DNA of 64,000 nucleotides from Bacillota bacterium (GTDB taxonomy: Bacteria; Bacillota; Dethiobacteria; DTU022), in assembly GCA_012799185.1 (NCBI GenBank), contig JAAZLS010000021.1, positions 14,242 to 78,241 on the forward strand, given 5' to 3'. How positions within the stretch are numbered: the stretch's first letter is position 1; each line of letters starts with the position of its first letter. The position numbers were made by a program, and so were the translations under genes. The notes beneath the pieces are model-generated. The model was given only the letters and a program-made list of their open reading frames with translations, was not told the DNA's origin and did no database searches. Below, in pieces: positions 47,767-57,145 of the stretch.

Positions 47767-50294
47767 TTTTCAATTTCAATCAAACAAGAATTAGGAGTCA
47801 TCCCGGGCGCATGCCTGGAAAGCAACCGCGAAGAGGTTAACAGGTTAACGCAACCGCCCCTATCCATCGAATCGGGCTTACCGGGTATTAGGGGATCATA
47901 CTTGGCCGATGAACCGTAGCTATGGATAATCCCGGGGCGAACCCATCCGGTAACCACGGCTACACAGAGCACCCCGCCCCGGTCGTTATAGAGACGAACA
48001 ATATCACCGTTATTAATCCCCCTTACCTCCGCATCCCGGGGATTAATACGGGCCGGCCACCAGTGGTAACCATCCTTTTTTATACGGTGGACCGGGATAT
48101 CATTCAGCCAGTCGGTATGTTTATCATAATGGGTGTGGAAGGAAAACCGGGGATGGGGAGAGAGCAGCTGTAACGGATATTTTTTAAATAGATCACTATG
48201 ATGTCCCTCCCAGCTAGGAATATAGCGGGGTGAGATCGGCCGTTCCCAATCTTCCGGAAAATGTTTTTTCAAGCTCTCCGATACAAATTCAATTTTACCG
48301 CTATAGGTGCCGAGTTCGTGGCCTTTCTCCGTATTCCGTTTCGGATTGGAAGGATCGGGGGTGTCACAGGCCCGCCCCTCGGCAAACCAGCGCAAACCGG
48401 GGGTCGGTTTATAGCCTTCTTTAATATTGATTACATGGTAACCTTTTCGATTAAAGGTCTCCCAATCGACCAGCTTGGGCAGGTCGGATAGTTCAAAGAA
48501 AGCCCGACACCAATCCAGCTCGCTCTTACCGCCATCGGTAAATTCATCTTTTAATCCAAGACGCTCGGCCAACAGGGCGAAAATCTGATAATCCGACTTG
48601 GATTCCCAGAGCGGTTCGATACATTTCTGTTGCCTGACAATTACCCGGTAGTTGCTTCCACTACTGGCATGCCCAGTATAGCCCCCACAGGCACCCCACT
48701 CGGCCAGATCATCCCGTTCAAAGTTACTACAGGCCGGTAAAATAACATCGGCCATCCGGGTCTCGCTATTGAACCAGACATCCTGGTTTACAACGAATTC
48801 CAGCTTGGGGCTCTGGTACATTTTGACCCATTTGGAGGTATCGAGCATGGTACCGATAAAAGAGCCCCCGTAACGGTAGAATAGCTTGATCTCGGAGCAT
48901 CCCTCCGCCGGGTACTCAAAGTATTCAAACTGCTGCTCCAGGGAGCCGCCGCAGAATCCGGCCCCATGCCAGCTCAGGGGTGGGTCAAGGATCGCATCGG
49001 GTAAGGTAAGACGGTACAGCCGCTGCCTATTTTTATTAACCGGTATAAAATTAGCGGCCTTGGTCGCAGAAGAGATCTTGCCCTGGGGATCGGCATAGGC
49101 TGGGAAAAAGTAGTCGGTATCTGAGGGCGCCCCCATGGTGGTCCCCCATATGGACCGGCCGGGCTTACCGAGCCCCTGCATAGCCTGGAGCAGGACCATC
49201 ATGCGGGCCCACTCGGTCGCATAGGCCTGGCGACAGGCACCGCCCTCGCCACCGCGGGCACCGCCGGAAAGGATAGTCCTTTTTTCCGCCCATTCCCGGG
49301 CCAGAGCCCGAATCACCCGGGCCTTCACCCCCGATTCTTCCTCCGCCCACTCCGGGGTCTTGGGCTGCCCGTCTATCTCCCCCAATATATATTTTTTAAA
49401 CTCATCGAACCCGATAGTCCGGTTTTCAATATATTCCCGATCGTAACGCCCCTCGGTAATCCATACATAAGCAATCGCCATCGCCAGGCAGGTATCGGTA
49501 CCGATACGCGGGGCAATCCACTTGCCGCCCATAACAGCGGCGGTAAAATTATAAAAGGGATCGATAAAAACAGTCTTAACCCCTTTCTTTTTGAGCCACT
49601 CCCGCCAGAGGGCCGACTCCTGGCCGGTATAGGTCCCGCGGGTTGAATCGGGATCATTAGACCAGAGGACAATCATCTCGGCGTTCTTTAAAGCATCCTG
49701 CAACATATCGTACGGTTCCGGCATTCCCAACCGCCAATAAAAACCATAGGTATGGGTGGCCCCCCAATGCCAGCCTTCCCAACTATCCGGATTATCCAAA
49801 ACCGGGGTAAAATCCAGCAGGTTCATAAAACGCATAAAGGAGCCATGCTTATAACCCACTATCCCCCAATTATGGTGGGAAGAGGTTAACCCGCTAATCG
49901 CCGAACCACCATAACTCTCCTTAACCCGTTTCAGTTCGCCGGCAACCAGGTCCAGCGCCTCCTCCCAGGAGATACGCACATAGCCTGATTTGCCCCTATT
50001 CTGAGGGTTGCGCTCCCCCTCCGGGTTAAAATCAACCCGCTTCATCGGATATTTAATGCGTTCATCGGAGTGAATCCTCCGCCTCTCCGCGTGAACATAA
50101 GGCGCCACGGCAAATTTTTTCGGTGCAGTAAACTTATGTTCACCGGCCTCAATGGTCCATGGCTTTAAATCTTTCTCTTCGGCAACCAGGGGCCTGATCC
50201 GCACTACCTTGCCATCCCTTACGTAGACGGAGACGGGACCGGCGTTGGTGCAATTCGTAAAGACCTGTTCAGTCATTATCCATATCCTCCTCAC
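47754..50294 (-). CDS. molybdopterin oxidoreductase alpha subunit, transhydroxylase large-subunit (AthL)-like (paralog 2); start probably MTEQVFTNC
   Basis: 846-aa product with no Cys-rich N-terminus or Tat motif. Overlaps the beta2 start by 13 nt, indicating coupling. Confidence 0.85.
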   Translation of the reverse strand: MRRIWIMTEQVFTNCTNAGPVSVYVRDGKVVRIRPLVAEEKDLKPWTIEAGEHKFTAPKKFAVAPYVHAERRRIHSDERIKYPMKRVDFNPEGERNPQNRGKSGYVRISWEEALDLVAGELKRVKESYGGSAISGLTSSHHNWGIVGYKHGSFMRFMNLLDFTPVLDNPDSWEGWHWGATHTYGFYWRLGMPEPYDMLQDALKNAEMIVLWSNDPDSTRGTYTGQESALWREWLKKKGVKTVFIDPFYNFTAAVMGGKWIAPRIGTDTCLAMAIAYVWITEGRYDREYIENRTIGFDEFKKYILGEIDGQPKTPEWAEEESGVKARVIRALAREWAEKRTILSGGARGGEGGACRQAYATEWARMMVLLQAMQGLGKPGRSIWGTTMGAPSDTDYFFPAYADPQGKISSATKAANFIPVNKNRQRLYRLTLPDAILDPPLSWHGAGFCGGSLEQQFEYFEYPAEGCSEIKLFYRYGGSFIGTMLDTSKWVKMYQSPKLEFVVNQDVWFNSETRMADVILPACSNFERDDLAEWGACGGYTGHASSGSNYRVIVRQQKCIEPLWESKSDYQIFALLAERLGLKDEFTDGGKSELDWCRAFFELSDLPKLVDWETFNRKGYHVINIKEGYKPTPGLRWFAEGRACDTPDPSNPKRNTEKGHELGTYSGKIEFVSESLKKHFPEDWERPISPRYIPSWEGHHSDLFKKYPLQLLSPHPRFSFHTHYDKHTDWLNDIPVHRIKKDGYHWWPARINPRDAEVRGINNGDIVRLYNDRGGVLCVAVVTGWVRPGIIHSYGSSAKYDPLIPGKPDSMDRGGCVNLLTSSRLLSRHAPGMTPNSCLIEIEKWEE

Positions 50295-50443
50295 TCCTGA
50301 AAGTATAATCTTCCACCTGCATCTTAACTAACTTAAGTGTTACACCCCCCATTTATATTCCAGTAGATATTAAAGGATGATCAAACCGGTTATTGCTACA
50401 TCTTTCCGGCCGGGTTACCTAACTATTTGGCTAACAGTACTTG

Positions 50444-50460
50444 ATGCAAATTTTATGCCA
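50444..50460 (-). promoter_or_regulatory. sigma54 promoter TGGCAT-aaaat-TTGCAT for the alpha2/beta2 operon
   Basis: Minus strand reads gTGGCATaaaatTTGCATc, about 150 nt upstream of the 50294 start. Confidence 0.65.
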
Positions 50461-50673
50461 CCTCCCACCGGAATAAATTTAACCCGCCCCTGTTTTTTTT
50501 TAAACGACTTCCAAGTTTCTTAAAACCCGGGCCCAGCCCCCGCTACTTTTCTACCCCTTAGATATTTAACATTGCGTTAATATTTTGACACATAGAAAAG
50601 CATCGACACACTAAAACCGGCTCGGAAGTCCAGGGCATGCAACAATTCGGAATTCTAGCCCCCCTGTAAATAT

Positions 50674-50690
50674 TGGCATACATTTTGCAT
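50674..50690 (+). promoter_or_regulatory. sigma54 promoter TGGCAT-acatt-TTGCAT for dctQM
   Basis: Plus strand reads atTGGCATacattTTGCATc, about 250 nt upstream of the 50943 start. Confidence 0.65.
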
Positions 50691-50942
50691 CTTTTAGGGC
50701 AGGAGACAACCCGGCTAGTAGTAACGACATTTTTAGACAACAACAGGTAATGCTTCACTTGTACTATAATACAAAATATTGCCACTGGCTGCAAACGGCC
50801 CGCCGGGGGGAGGTGATCGGGTAACCATTGAAGACAGGCAAGGAGACCGGTTATTAAATTGTTAGCAAACTGCCCTGGAGGAAACAGGCCCGGCGAATGA
50901 AAGGGCTCCAAAATAGAATTGAAAGGGGCGAATAACTGAAAA

Positions 50943-51446
50943 GTGTGGCTAAAAATACTAACCTGGTTGGACATATTCACGGAGAAAGCAAGCAATATTT
51001 TCCATTATATTGGCTCCGTTATCTTGGCAGTAATGATGTTTTTTACATTTGCCGATGTAGCAGGACGTTATTTTCTCAAACAACCAATCAAGGGATCCTT
51101 TGAAGTTACCGAGTATATGCTGGCTATTTTGATCTCTTTCTCCATTGCCTATTGCGGGGTAAAAAAAGGTCATATTCATGTAGACGTACTAACAATGCGC
51201 CTACCGCAGCGGGTTCAGGACATCTTAAATTCTATTACCCAACCGCTGGGCTTTATCTTGATCTTCTTAACCACATGGCATACCGTCCGCTTTGCCCTTA
51301 GTTTACACGCTTCCGGTATGTCCTCTACTGTTCTTGTAATACCGAAGTACCCCTTTGTTTTTATTGCCGCCGTCGGCCTGGGGTTATATTCACTGGTGCT
51401 ACTAAAAGATTTTATGGAATCCCTTTATAAGGCGGTGAAGCGATGA
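50943..51446 (+). CDS. dctQ: TRAP transporter small permease (DctQ)
   Basis: 167-aa product with 4 TM segments and typical DctQ N-terminal context. Overlaps dctM by 4 nt. Confidence 0.85.
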   Translation: MWLKILTWLDIFTEKASNIFHYIGSVILAVMMFFTFADVAGRYFLKQPIKGSFEVTEYMLAILISFSIAYCGVKKGHIHVDVLTMRLPQRVQDILNSITQPLGFILIFLTTWHTVRFALSLHASGMSSTVLVIPKYPFVFIAAVGLGLYSLVLLKDFMESLYKAVKR

Positions 51447-52744
51447 CACCAATTGTAGTCGGTATAATCGGTATCCTCATTTTATTTGTGTTACTGTTCC
51501 TGGGCATGAATGTGGGATTGGCCTTACTTTTGATCGGCTTTGTCGGTCAGGCTTATATTGCCGGGTTTGCACCTACCTTTGGCGGGCTAAGGATGATCCC
51601 CTACTCTACCTTCGCCTCCTACAGCTTAAGTGTTATCCCATTATTCATCTTGATGGGTAATTTGGCTTTCCATTCCGGGCTAAGCCGCGATCTTTACCTT
51701 GCGGCCCGCAACTGGTTGGGACGGCTACGGGGCGGTTTAGCCATGGCCTCGGTAGCGGCATGCGCCGCTTTCGCTGCCTGCAGCGGTTCCAGTGTAGCTA
51801 CCGCGGCTACATTAGGGAAGATAGCGTTGCCGGAGATGAAAAGGTATAATTACGATGACGGGCTGGCCACCGGTACCCTGGCCGCCGGCGGCACCATGGG
51901 TATCTTGATCCCCCCCAGCGTAATCCTCATTATATATGGTATCCTGACCGAGCAGTCCATCGGGAAACTTTTTTTAGCCGGTGTTATCCCCGGCATACTG
52001 GAAGCTGTCTTCTATATAATAACAATTTATATCTTAACTACTCTCTACCCATCGTGGGGACCGCCCGGACCTAAAACTACCGTAAGAGAAAAATTTATTT
52101 CGCTAAGGGATACCTGGGGTTTTATTGCCCTGTTCCTACTGGTTATCGGCGGGATCTACATGGGTGTTTTCAGCCCCACCGAAGCCGGGGGTATCGGTGC
52201 ATTCGGTACCTTTATATTCTGCCTATTAAGGAGAAGGCTCCGTTGGGATACCTTTAAGGAGAGCCTGATTGACTCGGGCCAGACCGCAGCCATGATCTTT
52301 TTGATCATGCTGGGAGCTAACTTTTTCGGCCACTTCCTGGCGGTCACCGGTCTCCCCGCCGCCCTCACCGCCTCCCTGGCCACCCTCGCCGTTAGCCGGT
52401 ATGTGATCCTCTTGCTTGTATTTATATTCTACCTTATCCTGGGCTGCGTTATGGACTCCATGGCCATGATTCTAATTACCGTGCCCATCTTCTTCCCGTT
52501 GGCATTGGAACTAGGTTTTAACCCTATCTGGTTCGGGATCTTCATCACTCGGGTAACCGAGATTGGCATGGTTACTCCCCCGGTGGGGATGAACCTTTAC
52601 GTCATCAAGGGGGTAGCCAAGGATGTACCTATGAGCACCCTGTTCCGGGGAGTGTTCCCCTTCGTAATCGCCGATATCCTCCATGTTGCCTTAATTACAG
52701 CACTCCCCATACTAGCCACATTTTTACCCAGCATGATGAGGTAA
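51443..52744 (+). CDS. dctM: TRAP transporter large permease (DctM)
   Basis: 433-aa product with 12 TM segments and DctM-family conservation. Confidence 0.9.
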   Translation: MTPIVVGIIGILILFVLLFLGMNVGLALLLIGFVGQAYIAGFAPTFGGLRMIPYSTFASYSLSVIPLFILMGNLAFHSGLSRDLYLAARNWLGRLRGGLAMASVAACAAFAACSGSSVATAATLGKIALPEMKRYNYDDGLATGTLAAGGTMGILIPPSVILIIYGILTEQSIGKLFLAGVIPGILEAVFYIITIYILTTLYPSWGPPGPKTTVREKFISLRDTWGFIALFLLVIGGIYMGVFSPTEAGGIGAFGTFIFCLLRRRLRWDTFKESLIDSGQTAAMIFLIMLGANFFGHFLAVTGLPAALTASLATLAVSRYVILLLVFIFYLILGCVMDSMAMILITVPIFFPLALELGFNPIWFGIFITRVTEIGMVTPPVGMNLYVIKGVAKDVPMSTLFRGVFPFVIADILHVALITALPILATFLPSMMR

Positions 52745-52777
52745 AGCTAAAGATAAAATATAAAATATAAAATATAA

Positions 52778-52802
52778 GCCGGTGCAAAACCCTTGCACCG
52801 GC
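52778..52802. terminator. bidirectional terminator (gccggtgcaa aaccc ttgcaccggc) preceded by an (aaatata)x3 simple repeat
   Basis: 10-bp perfect stem lying between the convergent dctM and SDR genes. Confidence 0.7.
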
Positions 52803-52821
52803 TCATATTATCTACCAAAAA

Positions 52822-53595
52822 TTACCCGATAGCGGTCAGGCCTCCATCTACGTAGATAATTTGGCCGGTCACAAAATCGGAGGCCGCCGAGGCCAGGAAG
52901 ATAGCCGCACCAACCATATCTTCGGCTTTCCCCAGGCGGCCCAAGGGAATATTCCTCAGGTATTTTTCGGTTCGCCCCGGTTCTTTCATCTGCTTCTCTG
53001 TTAACTTGGTAGCTATTAAAGCCGGGCCGATCGCATTAACATTTACATTAAATGGTGCCCACTCCGCCGCCAGACAGCGAGTAATCATATCTACCGCCCC
53101 CTTGGTGCTGCAATAGGCACTATTCCCGCCGGCATTGGCCCGAATTCCCCGGACCGATGATAGGTTGATAACCTTACCCGAGCGCCTTTTAGTCATTATC
53201 CGGCCAAATTGTTTACAGCTGATCATTGTTCCCATGGAGTTAACATTATGTAACAGCTGCCAATCCTCCATTGATAGGTCAAGACCCTTTGCCTTCTTAT
53301 TGGCCCCATGGGCATTAACTAAAATATCTACCGTTCCGTACCGGGCAACGATTTCACCAACCAGCCGGATTACATCCTCCTCATCGGTTATATCCACCCC
53401 CATGGCTGTCGCCTCCCCACCGGTCTCCCTACCTATCGCCGCTGCCCGCAGTTTCAAGTTTTCAATATTTCTACTGGCCATGACCAGCCGGGCACCGTGC
53501 TCCACGAAACCGGTAGCGATCGCCCCCCCGATACCGCCGGCACCGCCGATTACCACCGCCACCTTACCACTTAAATCAAATCTTTTTTTCATCAA
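52822..53595 (-). CDS. SDR-family NAD(P)-dependent oxidoreductase (candidate phloroglucinol reductase)
   Basis: GGAGGIGGAIA Rossmann motif and YCSTK (YxxxK) catalytic motif. Product is 257 aa. Confidence 0.85.
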   Translation of the reverse strand: MMKKRFDLSGKVAVVIGGAGGIGGAIATGFVEHGARLVMASRNIENLKLRAAAIGRETGGEATAMGVDITDEEDVIRLVGEIVARYGTVDILVNAHGANKKAKGLDLSMEDWQLLHNVNSMGTMISCKQFGRIMTKRRSGKVINLSSVRGIRANAGGNSAYCSTKGAVDMITRCLAAEWAPFNVNVNAIGPALIATKLTEKQMKEPGRTEKYLRNIPLGRLGKAEDMVGAAIFLASAASDFVTGQIIYVDGGLTAIG

Positions 53596-53627
53596 TCCCT
53601 CACCTCTTAGTATTAAAATAACCCGGG

Positions 53628-53960
53628 TTAAGGCTCTACTATAATCACCAGGACCGTTGCCGGGTTAACACCCCGAACTTTAATCGCCCGCTCTTCACCG
53701 GGAGCAATATAGAGTAGATCCCCCTCTTCCAAGAGGTGCTCCTCTTCTGGTCCGGCTACCGTCAACGCCCCGGAGAGAAGGTAGTAGACCCGCTCCTTAG
53801 CAGAGCTCGACATTTCGGCTCCACCGTTTGGCAGGAAATGGGATATCGATACCGTCAGGCGGCTGGCCGCGGTTTCCCGATCTACCTTTTTTAGACCCCA
53901 CATATGGAAATGCCGTTTGGCCTCGTAGGGTGTACCCTTATTGGCCTTAACTGTTTTCAT
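53628..53960 (-). CDS. cupin-domain protein
   Basis: 110-aa product with a cupin beta-barrel pattern (HMWGLKK...YYLLSGALTV...LLYIAPGEERAIK). Confidence 0.7.
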   Translation of the reverse strand: MKTVKANKGTPYEAKRHFHMWGLKKVDRETAASRLTVSISHFLPNGGAEMSSSAKERVYYLLSGALTVAGPEEEHLLEEGDLLYIAPGEERAIKVRGVNPATVLVIIVEP

Positions 53961-54001
53961 TCCATCTACTCCTTTATATTTCGATTGGTCTAAAGGTTAT
54001 A

Positions 54002-54018
54002 TTGCAAGCACCGTGCCA
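54002..54018 (-). promoter_or_regulatory. sigma54 promoter TGGCAC-ggtgc-TTGCAA for the cupin-SDR operon
   Basis: Minus strand reads gTGGCACggtgcTTGCAAt, a canonical match about 45 nt upstream of the 53960 start. Confidence 0.7.
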
Positions 54019-54064
54019 CTCATATCCCCCCGCCCGCCGCAGCTCTCCTAAAACAAGAGGCCGA

Positions 54065-55351
54065 TCAGGTCACCCGGTCCCGGGAACCCGGAACGTTACC
54101 GTTATCCTTTATTTGGGAAACAATGATAGCGTTAACAACTAACAGAGCCATGATCAAGATTAGTATAAATTCGTAACGGCCCCAATAATCGTACGTGACC
54201 CCGCCTAAGTAGGAACTGGCGGCGGCCCCCAGATGATGGCATACCGTAACCAGGCCAAATACTATCCCTACCGATTCCTTGGTAAACATTTGGGTACATA
54301 AAGATCCCGTTGGGGCAATAGTAGCCATCTCTGTTATGCCGAAGGAGAGGGCAAAGATAAACAACAGAACCGGTGAGCGGGCATAGAGCAGAAGGATAAA
54401 AGTTAAACTCCTAAAACCATAGAGCAGGCGAAGTAGTTTCCCCCGATCAATCTGGTCAGCCAGGTAACCGGCCCCAACGGTTCCCAAGAGGCTACTTGCC
54501 GATAACAGGGTAAAAACAAGGGCAATCGTGTACGGTGTAAAGCCCCTCCCCTCGGCAAAGGGGATAAAGTGGGTCCCGGTAAAACCTATATCGGTAAAAC
54601 CACAAATAAAATAGGAGATTGATAACAACCAGAATACCCGGTTTCTGAAAATAACGCCCAGGGAGATCGGAACTTTTTCCTTCTGCACCCCGGCCCCGGC
54701 GGGAGTCTCTCCATCGCCATAGGGCGCCAGGTTAATATCGGCCGGTTTTGATCTGATAAATAAGGCCAGCAGGGGAGTTAAACCAAAGGTGACAATTTGC
54801 CCTAAAAGCAGCACCGCATAACGCCATCCATGGGCTTCAACGAGAAAAATGGTAGCCGGCACTAGAATTAAGGTCCCCACTGCCTGGCCCGAGGCAATTA
54901 TGCCCAGTACAAATCCCCTTTTTTTCGCAAACCAATGGGTAACCAGGGAGGCAGCCACCACGCTCGAACATCCGGCCGAGCCGCTAGGAAAAAACACCCC
55001 TAGTAAAATGATCAACTGCCAAAACCCGGTAACGGCAGAGGAAACCATTAATGAGGCCCCGATTAAAAGGGAGCCCAGGGCGAATATAATCCGTCCCCCG
55101 TATTGATCGGCAAGCTTTCCGGCCAGCGGTTGGGCAACCGCAAAAGTAATCCAACCCAGCAGGGGAATGGCGGCCGCAGCGGTACGGCTGATTAAAAATT
55201 CATTTTCCCAAGAAATAAAATAGGCCCCTAGAGCACCCCGTAGACCAAAATTTATAAGAGCTACAAATAACAAACCCACTAGAACCCAGCCGTAATGGAA
55301 CGGGAATTTATAAGAAAATAGTCTATCCCTCACCCGATATAGCCACCCCAC
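54065..55351 (-). CDS. MFS transporter
   Basis: 428-aa product with 12 TM segments. Confidence 0.8.
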   Translation of the reverse strand: MGWLYRVRDRLFSYKFPFHYGWVLVGLLFVALINFGLRGALGAYFISWENEFLISRTAAAAIPLLGWITFAVAQPLAGKLADQYGGRIIFALGSLLIGASLMVSSAVTGFWQLIILLGVFFPSGSAGCSSVVAASLVTHWFAKKRGFVLGIIASGQAVGTLILVPATIFLVEAHGWRYAVLLLGQIVTFGLTPLLALFIRSKPADINLAPYGDGETPAGAGVQKEKVPISLGVIFRNRVFWLLSISYFICGFTDIGFTGTHFIPFAEGRGFTPYTIALVFTLLSASSLLGTVGAGYLADQIDRGKLLRLLYGFRSLTFILLLYARSPVLLFIFALSFGITEMATIAPTGSLCTQMFTKESVGIVFGLVTVCHHLGAAASSYLGGVTYDYWGRYEFILILIMALLVVNAIIVSQIKDNGNVPGSRDRVT

Positions 55352-55404
55352 ACAAAAATTTGTATCCCGGTAAAGTACAGCCGCCTATAATCTACCAACA
55401 AATC

Positions 55405-55421
55405 ATGCAATTGCTATGCCA
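55405..55421 (-). promoter_or_regulatory. sigma54 promoter TGGCAT-agcaa-TTGCAT for the MFS gene
   Basis: Minus strand reads aTGGCATagcaaTTGCATg, about 55 nt upstream of the 55351 start. Confidence 0.65.
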
Positions 55422-55688
55422 TTCGTAACGTACCAGCCGGATCCCTGTAAAAGAGTATATTTACAAACAGTTTACACCATGTCAAGCTATTAACACACTC
55501 TTGGCCCAATAGGGAAGAGTCAAACAATCAAAGCCGGGCTAATAGCCAGACACCCGTGACCCGATATGATCTAATTTTGAGCATCGCCGGTTAATATTGA
55601 TAGCGATTCAAGCAAGATCCTGGGGCAACCCCTGGCCTCCCGTAGACCTTAAGACCGGGGGTAAATTACCCCCACCACTGCCCCTCAA

Positions 55689-55705
55689 TGGCATGGATAT
55701 TGCAT
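55689..55705 (+). promoter_or_regulatory. sigma54 promoter TGGCAT-ggata-TTGCAT for dctP
   Basis: Plus strand reads aaTGGCATggataTTGCATt, about 150 nt upstream of the 55857 start. Confidence 0.65.
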
Positions 55706-55856
55706 TTATTTAGCATAAGTGGGGCTTGTCAAAGGATTGGCAAATCGGAAGCTAGGGGCAAACTTCTTCCAGAGGAGGTGATCCTCAAGACAATTCGGTC
55801 TACTCCAAAAAAGAAGAGGGCTGGTAACTTATTTAAAATTTGCGTGAGGTGATAAA

Positions 55857-56951
55857 ATGAAGCGATCCCTTTTTTTAACACTGCTTGTGGTGACATTAGT
55901 CGTGTTAATGTCGGTCGTTGGCTGTACCCCCACCGTAGAGAACGGAGAGGAAAACGGAGACGCTGAACCGGTAGAGAAGATAACATTAAAATGGGTCGAC
56001 GAACATGCCACCACGGCCTGGGAGGCTAAAATGGCGGCCATCCCATTTCTACAGGAGATTGAAGATGTCACCGACGGCAGGGTCGAAGTTGATCCCTACT
56101 GGGCTAATACCCTCCTAGAGACCGTGGATATCTGGCCCGGCATCGCCGCCGGCACGGCTGATTTCGGCTGGTGTTTCATGGGTGTATACGGCGGAATGAC
56201 CACCCTGGCTGATGTGGTCACATTACCGTTCATGCCTTTCGAAAGTGCGGAACATGGCAGTGCAGTGCTCTGGACCCTTCTGAATGAGTTCCCGAACTTA
56301 GCAGAACAATTTGGTGAAAACCACATTCTCCTGACCTGGACCTCCGACCCCTATATTTTGGCAACCACCAAGAAACAGGTTAAAACCATGGAAGACATCA
56401 AGGGCCTGAAGATCAGAGCCATGGGCGGACCCCCCACCGAGATGGCCGAGTTGCTGGGGGCTGTTCCCCAAAGTATGCCCATGCCCGATACCTATACGAA
56501 CCTACAGACGGGTGTCCTAGACGGCATATTTACCCCCTGGGAAGCAATTATTAGCTGGCGGCATCACGAGGTTTGCCCTTATGTTACCACGATCCCCGCC
56601 CATAGCGTTTACTTTACCATTCCATTCAACCATGACAAGTGGAACAGCCTGCCCGATGATATTCGGGAGGCGCTGGAATCGGTAGGCGGAATGAAAGGCT
56701 CCCGGTTCTGGGGCAAACAGAAGTTTGATAGTGCCAGGCCGGAGGTGCTCCGGATGTGTGAGGAAGAGGGAATCGAGATTGAATTCTACGATCCCACCCC
56801 CGAAGAACTACTCCAGTGGAGAGAGGCAGCCGGCTTGCCCCTTTGGGACAAGTGGGTTGCCGACAGAGAGGCCGATGGATACGATGAGGCCCAGGAGATA
56901 TTGGATCGATGCCTAGAGCTGGCCGAGGCCGGACTGGCCGGGATGGAATAG
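55857..56951 (+). CDS. dctP: TRAP transporter substrate-binding lipoprotein (DctP family)
   Basis: Lipoprotein signal LMSVVGC and a 364-aa DctP fold. Confidence 0.85.
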   Translation: MKRSLFLTLLVVTLVVLMSVVGCTPTVENGEENGDAEPVEKITLKWVDEHATTAWEAKMAAIPFLQEIEDVTDGRVEVDPYWANTLLETVDIWPGIAAGTADFGWCFMGVYGGMTTLADVVTLPFMPFESAEHGSAVLWTLLNEFPNLAEQFGENHILLTWTSDPYILATTKKQVKTMEDIKGLKIRAMGGPPTEMAELLGAVPQSMPMPDTYTNLQTGVLDGIFTPWEAIISWRHHEVCPYVTTIPAHSVYFTIPFNHDKWNSLPDDIREALESVGGMKGSRFWGKQKFDSARPEVLRMCEEEGIEIEFYDPTPEELLQWREAAGLPLWDKWVADREADGYDEAQEILDRCLELAEAGLAGME

Positions 56952-57034
56952 AGCGGTCATATTGCAAGGATATACTGAACTTTATATGCTTTTTATACTA
57001 CTAAGTGCAATCGGTAACAGGCTATAAACAGGGA

Positions 57035-57085
57035 GGCCGGGTGCCCGGCAGACGGGAAAAATGCCGGGACCCGGCCTTTACTATT
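57035..57085 (+). terminator. intrinsic terminator of dctP (long GC hairpin ggccgggtgcccggca...tgccgggacccggcc plus tttactattt)
   Basis: Read directly from the sequence. Confidence 0.65.
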
Positions 57086-57145
57086 TAAATCTGTAAGAAG
57101 AAGACAAAATGCCGGTATAAATAAAGAAAGGGAGTAGAACATCAA

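Noticed and set aside
50558-50995. 145-aa minus-strand ORF in the 650-bp divergent control region
   Set aside because: It overlaps two sigma54 promoters and the dctQ start. It has no RBS and low complexity, so it is more likely non-coding regulatory DNA.
52752-52775. (aaatata)x3 simple repeat
   Set aside because: It is a short AT-rich microsatellite adjacent to a terminator, too short to assign a function.
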